A program made the translations under genes and the position numbers. The notes beneath the pieces were generated by a model that was given only the letters and a program-made list of their open reading frames with translations, made no database searches and was not told the DNA's origin. Of a stretch of 64,000 nucleotides of DNA, positions 54,801-64,000 are shown in pieces (position 1 is the first letter of the stretch; each line of letters opens with the position of its first letter). This DNA is from Eledone cirrhosa (taxonomy: Eukaryota), in the NCBI GenBank assembly GCA_964016885.1, contig OZ024744.1, forward strand, positions 113,956,001 to 114,020,000, given 5' to 3'.

Positions 54801-55022
54801 TGTAACAAATAACACAATATAATTATTCCATTACCCAAGGGTATCCATAATAAAGATTTCATCTGATGAGCGGATATCACACGTTTCTGTTAGAATCGTC
54901 TAACTTCTCAAAACCTTTGGTAATGGGATAATTATATTGTGCTATTTATTACATAATCAAATAGTTCTGTACTATACATAGAGCACTCTTCTTTCCTCTA
55001 CGTTTTCCACGGAAATACTTAA
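54801..55022 (+). mobile_element. Mini foldback element: 40-bp inverted arm + hammerhead (GAAA>AAAA) + tail
   Basis: 54801-54840 is approximately the reverse complement of 54914-54953. cat-CTGATGA-g...c-AAAA-cctttgg-TA-atg lies at 54860-54925. Confidence 0.68.
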
Positions 55023-55134
55023 CACACACACCCATACACACACTCCCATGCATACACATACCTGTACACCTACAGACATATAAATACATATCTACACACA
55101 CATCTACTCAAGTATTTAAGTTCACATATACATT

Positions 55135-56658
55135 TGGTGGCTGGGTGATTAATGAAATGGTAGTGTACCTCCGAAAGTTGTTCTCTTCAACAATCGAATA
55201 TTTGATCAGGTGTCATCCACTTTTATTTGGATATTTTTCTTTTTTCAATATGAGATTTAAAAAAGAAAGGAGAGAATCCTGTTATTGAAAGATGGAATAT
55301 CATTTTTTTGCACTCAGTAGTGGTTTATACTTTCTAATAAAGAATTCTTCTTTATATTTCCGGAAATGTCCGTTGTCCGACCATATTTTAAAGAAGGGGA
55401 AGATTCACAATCTTCCCTTCCCGCATGTTGCGAAGTGTTCACTGCGTGTGGTGTTTCTGACAGAGGGGTCTCTAATTTGTTGTTTATGTACTCGGACTCT
55501 GTCATGTAGACCCATTCCAGTTTCACCAATGTAGTATTTTTTACATTGTGGGCAGGTTGCACAGTAAATCAAGTTTTTGGTTTTGCAATTCCTGTTTGCA
55601 TTAAGTTTGAAAATCTGATTGTTTCTAAAGGAGATTTTCCCACCCTCTTCAATGTATTCGCAAGTTCTGCATCGAGAGTCCCCGCATTTCTTAACTTGCA
55701 TTGTTTCATTATCAGACGTAAATTTTGCCTTGGTAAGCATTTTTTTTTAAATTTGGGTGCTTGGTGTCTACTATATATTATTTGTGAGTGTTTTATGAGT
55801 GCATTCATTTTAGGGGACTGCTGGAGAATCAGGAGTTATTGTTTAGCGGCTTTCACAATGTTGAAGTTCCTTGGATTGTGAGTGATGACAAAAGGGATAA
55901 CTGATTTTCCCTTTTATTTTGTTGGTTTTTCTCAGTGTTGTCACTGGGATGTTCTGGGCCTTGGATCTGCCTATATTGATGAGGTCCACCGTTTATTGTG
56001 TGAGAATTCTTCATTTCTTGTGTTTTTTATATTCCCGAATTTGAGGGTTTCTTATGGGCTTGGGGATTTTATTTGGTTTTTCTCATAGTTCTTCTCATAT
56101 TCTTATAGCCATTGTGTTTTTGACTCCAAGATTTTCTTTGATTTTAATTCCTCTCTGGTTGTATCGTTCTTCCAAGGGTCAAAGAGTGCTTCTTTTGTTT
56201 ATCTCTTCTCTAATGGTGATGTTGCATCTTTCAATTTTTCTTTGAATTTTGGCACTCTTAGACGGAGTAGAGTCTCAAGTTTCTGGAGTGCTAGATTTAG
56301 TCTTATTTTGGTTTCTTCATTTGGTTCTGATGTTATTTCTTTAATCCAGAATTTTCTCGGGAGGATGACTTGTTCCTTACTTCGCCATATCTCATATGTG
56401 TTCGCTAGGTTTTCACTCCTCAAGGCTTTCCAGTATGCCTGTTTTCTTTGGCTTAGTATTTGGTTCTAAATATTTTTCATTTGGTTTCTTTTTTGAAAGC
56501 TTCTTTTCCCAGATTCAGTTCATTACATTCTTTGAACGCATTATGAATGATGGAATTCTGGTCATGTGGAACTGTTTCAGAGGGTGAGATTTGTTTTTGT
56601 TTCTATCAGTCTGTAATTAGGGAATCAAGCTTCTCTCTATAGGTGTATGTCTGTTGTT
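55135..56658 (-). mobile_element. Decayed Neptune-like PLE: N-terminal region joined to linker + GIY-YIG, no recognisable RT
   Basis: VIPFVITHNP, CGDSRCRTC, NCKTKNLIYCATCPQCKKYYIGET...RVRVHKQQI...SEHF; stops and frameshifts. Confidence 0.82.
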
Positions 56659-57238
56659 CCAAAAGACATGTATCTTACACCTCATTAACCTCACCACCAC
56701 CACCACCACCACCACCACCAGAGGAACACCCAAGTTCATCTTTAATATAGAAGATTGTTGAAGTTATTCTTTATAAATTTAAGATTCAGCTATAAGAAAA
56801 GATTTTGAAAAACATCTGGCCATTATATTCACCAAAGGTTGTCTATTGAAATGGAACCAGCAGGAGGGCACTTTTACAACTCCTTTCTAAAACACCCCCA
56901 ACACCTCCCAACTCCACTCTCAATCAATTATCTTGTTTTTACCACTCACTATTTTCTGTATAAATATGCTTTAATTCCTTTAAATCTTCATCAATACTCC
57001 TTCTCTCCCACACTCATTAACACTGCCACCCCACCCTCCAGACACACCCAAATCTCTCTTATATATAGTCAAACATCATAACACAACCTGATCTCAGTTT
57101 GACAATAGCCACCAATGAATTCGAGAAAGTTCTCCAGGAAAGTTGACCAGGAATCTTTAAAAAAATCTCCCCACCAAAGTTAACAAAGAACTTACTAGAT
57201 CTACAAAACCAAATTGTAAAATTATGATATTATAAAAT

Positions 57239-57442
57239 GCGGTGGATTGGCAAAGGGCGGTGGATTGGCAGTATCGGTAGAGGGTTGGACGCCATGCTTT
57301 CCAGCATAGTTACGTCCCTTTACGATCTGAGTTCAAATCCCGCCGAGGTTGACTTTGCCTTTCATCCCTACGGGGTCGATAAAATAAAGTACCAGTAATG
57401 CACTGGGTAATTGCTGGCCTTGTGCCTAAAGTAGAAACAATT
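57239..57442 (+). mobile_element. tRNA-derived SINE with 10-bp target-site duplication (TSD) and duplicated 5' end
   Basis: TSD attataaaat at 57229-57238 and 57440-57449. The empty site is visible in the paralogous arm at ~39690. gcggtggattggca is repeated at the start. Confidence 0.92.
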
Positions 57443-57532
57443 ATAAAATAAAATAAAATTGTTTAGAACTACAAGTGAAGTCATTCTTTTCCTTTTTTTA
57501 AATATATATAAATAAATATATATATGTATGTA

Positions 57533-57722
57533 TCATCATGATGATGATCATCGATTAACGTCTATCTTCCACGCTAGCATGGGTTAGACGGGTTTGTCCC
57601 ATTTAGAGGCAAGTTGGGTTGAGTGACCGCGTCTCGCACATATAGGGGTGTTTCTGGCTGGTGTTCTATGGCTGGATGCCCTTCTTAACACCAACCACAA
57701 CGACAGTGTGGGCTGGGTGCTT
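57533..57722 (-). mobile_element. Short RTE-tail element (ggtgttaagaagggcatcc module + cccgtctaacccatgctagc tail)
   Basis: Same module as in the family 1 UTRs; also at 61350-61512 (+) and 61820-62190 (-). Confidence 0.75.
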
Positions 57723-57740
57723 TATGTATGTATATATATA

Positions 57741-57884
57741 TATTATTAGTACAGATAAAAAGTTTAAGCAAAGAATTTCTGCTTTCGCCTTAAGTGGGAA
57801 TGAAGATCTTGCTTAGGGTGACAGCAGAAATTCATTGCTTAAACTTTTAATCTGTCCTAATAATAAATATTTGTTCTATGGCTT
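57741..57884. mobile_element. Miniature foldback relative of 7960-8537
   Basis: Arms tattattag-acagat-aaaagtttaagcaa-gaatttctgct and their complement flank atgaagatcttgcttagggtga. Confidence 0.68.
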
Positions 57885-57904
57885 TATATATATATATACA
57901 TATA

Positions 57905-58483
57905 TGATGGCTGTAACTCAATTTCATGTAATGCCATCACTTGATACTTAATCATGACCATCACTGACGTGACCTTTTAGTCCTGCTAGGGACTTGCCTG
58001 TGGCCAGCAATACCATGTATCGCAATAAATGTCACATATCAAGCGATGTCTGTGCTTGAAGTGTTTACAAGTGAGGAAAGGCTTTGCACGGAGCCAGTCC
58101 CACTCTCTGAACAGCCAATGTATTTACCCCAAAAGAAGAACTGGTCTACATTATTGGATACAAATGAAGTCGTAGATTTTATATTAGAGTGACCTTCTCC
58201 TAGAGAGATGTCTTAATGAAGACTAGGGATCTCTCACTCCACTGCCTCCATCCCCCCTCTCCACCACCACCACAAAAAAAACTCTGAACATCGAATGTAT
58301 TTACTCTAAAAAGTGACAATCCCACCAAGCTTGCTTGGTGGGGAGGGTGAATTTGGACACCCTTGGAGATAAAAAACAAAACCTGTCAAAGGGCGGAGGA
58401 ATTCAGGAGAGTCAACGGCCATCCAATAAACTTTATTTTGTGTGGAGTGAGAGACTCCTAGTCTTCATCAAGACATCTTTCAC
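57905..58483. mobile_element. Diverged bipartite RTE derivative with inverted 5' part
   Basis: 57905-58242 (minus) resembles 41174-41580. 58330-58483 (plus) resembles the 5' part. 58207-58242 and 58443-58478 are complementary. Confidence 0.6.
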
Positions 58484-58485
58484 TT

Positions 58486-58525
<40 letters not shown>

Positions 58526-58528
<3 letters not shown>

Positions 58529-58641
58529 AAATATTAAACAAATAATGAATAAACAATTCCTTATATTAAACAAAAAAAGTTCATGAACTTTTTTTGTTTA
58601 ATATAAGGAATTGTTTATTCATTATTTGTTTAATATTTTAT
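58526..58641. repeat. Perfect 116-bp spacerless palindrome followed by ~130-bp tail
   Basis: 58-bp arms centred on tca|tga at 58583/58584. Confidence 0.92.
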
Positions 58642-58772
58642 CTTGACTCTGTATACCGTTTATCTTTCACCGAAAGTGGTTTTTCATTACATCTCTTCTT
58701 TCCATGATATCCGGAATACATTGAGTTCTTCATACGGATTGGACACTACCGTAAACTCTTGGTAGATTTATC

Positions 58773-58824
<52 letters not shown>

Positions 58825-58919
58825 CACACATATATAATCTTTAATGAGCCCTTTTCAGATTTTGGTCTTTGTATTTATTATTACTATTATTACTATCTCT
58901 CTCTCTATATATATATATA

Positions 58920-59132
58920 TAGTGCCAGGAAATGCCAGTGGAAGGAAACTGCAGTAGAGGTAGACCAAAAAAGTCCTGGGCAGAGGTGGTGAGTGTTAAC
59001 CTCACATTGCTGACTCATAGAGGAGATGAAGAAGGAACGTGATGAGTGCAGAGATGCTGAGAAGGACCTCTCCAATCCATGCAAGCATGGAAAAACTGAT
59101 GTTAAAATGATGATGATGATGATGATGATGAT
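58920..59132 (+). mobile_element. RTE family 2 extreme 3' fragment
   Basis: Matches 21218-21425; (gat)n tail. Confidence 0.8.
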
Positions 59133-59135
59133 AGA

Positions 59136-59760
59136 ATGAGATTCAACTCTAAATTCTTCACCTCTTTGATCCTTGACCTCTTAAATGCAGATGACTGCAA
59201 CCTAATAAGTCACACTGAGGAGGGCTTGCAAAACCTGATCAGTGGTTTCAAAGTTGCTTTTCATGTGTTTGGTCTTATAATTAATTTGAAAAAGACTTGT
59301 AATGCATCAACCTGCTCCTGGGGAGCAGGCAACTGCACCTCAAATCCACATTAAGGGCACAATGCTAAGGACGGTAACCTCCTTTGAATACCTTGGCAAT
59401 GGGATACAAGCTGATGGCAAATTGGATACTGAAATTACATCTCATATACAAAAGGCAGCAAATGCCTTTGGTGGACAAGAAATTAAAGTCTGGTCACATC
59501 ACATTAAATTTGAAACTAAAATTGCTGTATACGTCTCATTTGTACTCTCTGTTCTATTATATTCATCCGAGATAAGGGCATTGTACACACAGCATGTTCA
59601 AATATTGGAGCAGTTTCACAAAAAATGCCTCAAAATAAGCTAGAACACATTCATTCCAGATACTGAGATTTGTGCTATGACAAAAGTTACATTTACTAAA
59701 GCTATACTTATTAGCAATCAGTTCATATGGACAGGTCACATGATTCGAAGTGTATTGAAG
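59136..59760 (+). mobile_element. Old decayed BovB-like RTE fragment
   Basis: DLLNADDCNL..H, INLKKT, FEYLG, VLLYSSE, LEQFHKKCL; parallels the 50757-52457 protein. Confidence 0.8.
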
Positions 59761-60344
59761 TGACATTTGAACATACACAATAAGCAAAGCCAAAGTGGAA
59801 ACATGAACGAAATGAGACATCATTGTATTATTTGAGGACGGCTGTTTCACAGGCTTTCAGGACTCAAAAGCCATTTGAGATCTCATGCCAGGAAGGAACA
59901 GACATAAAGTGCAAGACGTGGTCAAACTTTGTATGGAGCATATGTATAATTCAAAGACGACAGAAGTCTGGATTCCAAATATTTTTTTACAATCGTAAAA
60001 TCCCAATATGTATTTCTATAGCCTGGTTACATCAGATAATGACATAAGACATTGGTGGCATCATCAGGTGTACATTGCAAAGATTAAGTAACCAATTACT
60101 GGTTTACAGTGAACATAAACAGAGAATAGGCTGAATTCAGATACAGCATGCCATTCAGAGTTACTGCCATGATGAAATGCCTCCGACAGACTAAATGATG
60201 ATTTCATACAAATGAAACAGTTCTAGTCCTGTAGAAGCTATTTCTACATTAAATAATGGTGTTCACACTCTACTAATGTATTGACTACTTTATTTACTGT
60301 GGTTACTCCCGATTTAACTTGGGATCTACATATATATATATATA

Positions 60345-61060
60345 TGTATGTACTCGAGCATCCACAATTCATCTATTATTATTTTATCCAAGAAATTTGG
60401 TTCAATTTTAAGTCTTTTTAGCAAATCCTGATAAATTTCCAACCGGTTTACTTTTTGCTCCACAGATAAATCTTTTGACGCAAGTTTTGCACCATTTCGC
60501 ACATGCAAATAGTCTGTTAAAATTCTGATAACTGGCTTTTTATCCAAGCCCATTTCTTTAGCAATCATCCTAACACTGGTCAATCTTTCACCATCATCAC
60601 TAGCACCTTCTCCACATTTGGTTCATTTGTTGACAAGATTCACCTTTCAGGTTGAGCTGTGTCTTCAACATTTTTTCATCACTTTTTGAAAGCTTTTTTT
60701 CTAGGGCGGCTAAAATTCCCGAGATCCATGGACGAATTCCATTGTCCTGCATCTCCAGCATACCAGTGTCTGTCCTTAGGGCATCAACATACATTAACCT
60801 TGGTCTTCCTCTTCCAGTGTGTCCATGTAGAGGCTCCCACAGGAGCACTGAGTGCAATGTCAACTCTGGATGTCGGTGAGCATTCCAGCTAACCTCAGTC
60901 TCCTGAAAGCTTTGTGCCACTTAAAAACCTTACTTCTCCATAGAGTGACATTCTCAAAAGCTTGTGTTAAACAATTAAATGTTTTGATGGCAGATAATAA
61001 AGTTTCACACAAAATTTTCTATGCACCATTGTTCAATATTTTTCTACATCACAAATGTAA
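60345..61060 (-). mobile_element. Decayed mariner (Tc1/mariner) transposase fragment interrupted by an RTE
   Basis: HTH-region ..SKVFKWHKAF.., then SVRMIAKEMGL...ILTDYL...LSVEQKVNR...FLDKII-DELW (degenerate first catalytic-Asp region). Confidence 0.75.
60697..60903 (-). mobile_element. RTE family 3 3' fragment with 10-bp TSD, inside the mariner
   Basis: [24 protein letters not shown]; tgaaagcttt at 60687-60696 and 60904-60913. Confidence 0.85.
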
Positions 61061-61188
61061 TAGAGGTTATCAATACATCTGTACATAAACAGCAATAACT
61101 CAGGACTGACTCAATCTATGTTGAAACAAGTATGTATGTTCAGCCAAGGTCATAATCCACACACCTATACATATCACAAAACCTTGTA

Positions 61189-61320
61189 TTAGTGGTTAGA
61201 GCATTGGCCTTGCAATCGAAAGGTTGTGAGTTCAATTCTCAGACCGGGTGATGTGTTGTGTCCTTGAGCAAGACACTTTATTTCACATTGCTCCAGTTTA
61301 CTCAGCTGTAGAAATGAGAT
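61189..61320 (+). mobile_element. tRNA-derived CORE-like SINE fragment
   Basis: tagtggttagagc...gagttcaattc (B box), then gtgtccttgagcaagacactt (CORE-like). Confidence 0.75.
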
Positions 61321-61514
61321 GATGGGGACTGGGGTCCATATCATTCCACTGCAAAGTGGTCGTGGAGTTGCCACGGCAAAAAAAGCACCCAGCACTCACT
61401 GTAAATGAGGTTGGTGTTAGGAAGGGCATCCAGCTGTAGAAATCAGGCCAGAATCAGTTCCCGTCCCACCCTTGCAAGCAGGGAAAAAGCGGACGTAAAA
61501 TGATGATGATGAAG

Positions 61515-61552
<38 letters not shown>

Positions 61553-62012
61553 AAAAGGTAAACAGAAATAACAACACAATCTGTACAGTAGGTTTTGTCC
61601 CAAAAGTAAGAGAACTGATTTTCCTATGTACAACATGGCAATGCAGCACTTCGTTGTTGTGGTTATAAATTATGGTCACATACACATGGTTGTCTTATTC
61701 ATGGTGTCACACTTTCTTAACTTTATGTTTACTCTGGATGAAAACGTATTAACTTTTCGCACCATTGAGTGATTTGTGGCTGCCTGAAACAATATCTGCT
61801 CTACTGTGGCTACAACTTCGTCATCATCATCATCATTTAACATCCAATTTCCATACTAGCATGGGTTAGATGGTTTGTCCCATTTGAGGCAGGTTGGGTA
61901 AGGTGAACGTATCCTTCTCATACAGAACTGTTTCTGACTACATTTCTACAGCTGGATGCCCTTCCTAACACCAATCACATTTACAGTGTGTGCTTTGTTG
62001 TGTTACCAACAT

Positions 62013-62200
62013 GACCACTTTACAGTGTGTACTGGGTACTTTTTGTTGTGGCACCTACATGACCACTTTACAGTGTGTACTGGGTACTTTTTGTTATGAC
62101 ACCTACATTACCACTTTACAGTGTTTACTGAGTACTTTTTGTTATGACACCTACATTACCACTTTACAGTGTTTACTGGGTACCACTTTACAGTGTGTAC
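62013..62200. repeat. 48-bp tandem repeat (3 full units plus partials) within an RTE-tail element
   Basis: accactttacagtgt.tactg.gtactttttgtt.tg.cacctacat at 62014, 62062 and 62110; partial units from 62158. Confidence 0.88.
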
Positions 62201-64000
62201 CCGTACCAAAGCCACAGACAACTAAAGCAGCATCATCAGTGGCAGCAACACCAATAGCTACATTTGAAGTAGCTACACCAGCAACAAAATTGCCAAAGAG
62301 GGCTCCACTACCACCACCATCACCACCACAAGCACCACTGACAACAACAACCACACCACCACCAGCATCACCAAAAACACCAACATCCAAACACAACAAG
62401 ACACACACCAAACAGCAACAAGAAGAAAACAGCAACAAAATCACCCCTCCCCACAAAAAGTACACAGCCATAAACATGGCAAAAAAAGAACTCATACAAT
62501 ATATAAAGCAGCACACAGACATCACAGAAAAAAACTACTACACCCCACCAACACCAAGAACTCTCCCGACAAACATAAGCATCATCGAAATCTCAATAGA
62601 ACAATACAAACCTTTAAAACAAAAATTCCCCAACGCAGTTGGAGACTTCAGAGGGGCGGTTACCAAGAGGATATACACTGACATCCTCTTGGAAACACCC
62701 ATGACCAGCGAAAGGGACGGTTCTACTGTCCCTTCACCGCACGATCAAGGTAAGTGACCCTTTCTCACTTGCCCCGTTTCTCATCCAACATGGCCGTACT
62801 CAGAATAGGCAGTATAAATGCACGTGGCCTGGGGTCATCTTGGAAGCAGGGTCACCTGCTCAACGACCTCAGGTCACTAAGCATAGATGTGGTGGCCATC
62901 AGTGAAACCAGAATCTCCGAAGCACAAGCCTTCGCACCGATCTTCGGCGGCTACGATGTATACGCATCTCCCAGCCGTCCAGGATCGAGGGAGGGGTTGC
63001 TGTCCTTTTTCGGAGAGGCTTGGATCTCGCGATATGGGTCATCTTCCTGGACCTAGAAGGTAAGTCGGTGGTGCTGGACGTGACCGGCAGCGAAGGCAAT
63101 GCTTTCAGGCTAGTAGCCGTCTACGCCCGAACAGGGACAGGACGGCCAGATTTCTTCAGACATCAAGAGACCTTTCTTGGAACGTCCCGCTCTTTAGTGT
63201 TAGTGGGCGACTGGAACGGTATCTTGGATGCACGCTGGGATTGTGTGGGGCTAGTGGATAGGGGTGGAGAGAGCAAGAGTCTCACCAACCTGCTCAGACG
63301 TTTTGAACTGTCTGACAGGTATCGACTGGATCATCCGAATGTGCCTATGTGGACATGGACAAACCGCATCGGGTCATCCAGATCGTATCTCGATAGGGTA
63401 TTCTGCAGAGAACTAGATAAGGCTAGTATAAGTTGTCCACAATTTAAAATAGTCGACTACACAGACCACAAATTTGTGATCTGTGAGATCGACATAGACA
63501 GACTTCATAGATAAGGGCCTGGTTACTGGAAGCTGAACGCGTCTTTCCTGGCACGCAAAGCCTACAGAGACCGGATTAGCGTATTAGTTAAGCAGGCGTT
63601 GACGGGAGCGGTCGTCAACAACAGGTGGTGGTTCGATTAGGTTTAGCAAATTAAAGTAGTCGATTAGGTTTAGCAAAGGAGTAGTGATAGAGGAAAATAG
63701 AGTAGAGGGAGAGCTAGTCAGAAAGCTAGAAGAGGCATTTAGGACAGGCATCGCAACCGACGTGTTTGCGGCGAGATTGGCACTCGACCAATTCTTCAAC
63801 GCAAAACACGAAGGCTGTGTTGTCAGAGCTAGAGCGCGTGCTCTGAAACATGAGGGGACAAAAGCCGTCCAATGGGCCCAGGTGGCAGAGGCGTGATGTG
63901 GTAACAAACCCTCAATTCGGTCTTTGTCTGACCAAAACGGGTGCGTGATGCTCGAACCCGAGTGGATGTGTGAAGCTTTTCAGCAGCATTTTGCTGAACT
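62200..64000 (+). mobile_element. Decayed L1/Tx1-clade retrotransposon: ORF1-like 3' part and ORF2 endonuclease
   Basis: MAVLRIGSINARGL, ISETR, VAVYA, VGDWN, WTW, SYLDR, TDH, GPGYWKLNAS; frameshift at ~62990 and stops. Confidence 0.88.

Noticed and set aside
62013-62200. Regularly spaced repeats resembling a CRISPR array
   Set aside because: Whole 48-bp units repeat with no unique spacers. They derive from an RTE UTR subunit, the context is eukaryotic, and there are no cas genes.

Overview
This is AT-rich eukaryotic DNA. The repeat content is consistent with an octopus or other cephalopod genome, but that is inference. The only host coding sequence I recognise is the first coding exon of an oxysterol-binding protein (OSBP) gene on the minus strand (33728-33909, start of the PH domain, GT donor). 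Everything to its left (at least 33 kb, across a 200-N scaffold gap) is then probably intron 1. The rest is a nested pile of retroelements, mostly sitting in (TA)n/(CATA)n microsatellites. These include several RTE-clade LINE families (two with a PHD-like finger inserted at the end of the RT core, one with three C-terminal C2H2 fingers), Penelope-like elements (PLEs; two Naiad-type RT+GIY-YIG ORFs and two Neptune-like GIY-YIG fragments), bipartite non-autonomous RTE derivatives, tRNA-derived SINEs, a mariner remnant and a decayed Tx1/L1. The most striking pattern is about a dozen small non-coding elements built as 'inverted arm + type-I hammerhead ribozyme (HHR) + short tail'. One is a ~0.9-kb near-perfect palindrome with a hammerhead in each arm and a 466-nt terminally redundant monomer (retrozyme-like). 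Several intact-looking hammerheads lie on the OSBP pre-mRNA strand. The many Y/I/H/T-rich ORFs in the track are microsatellite translation artefacts. All folds and alignments were done by eye.
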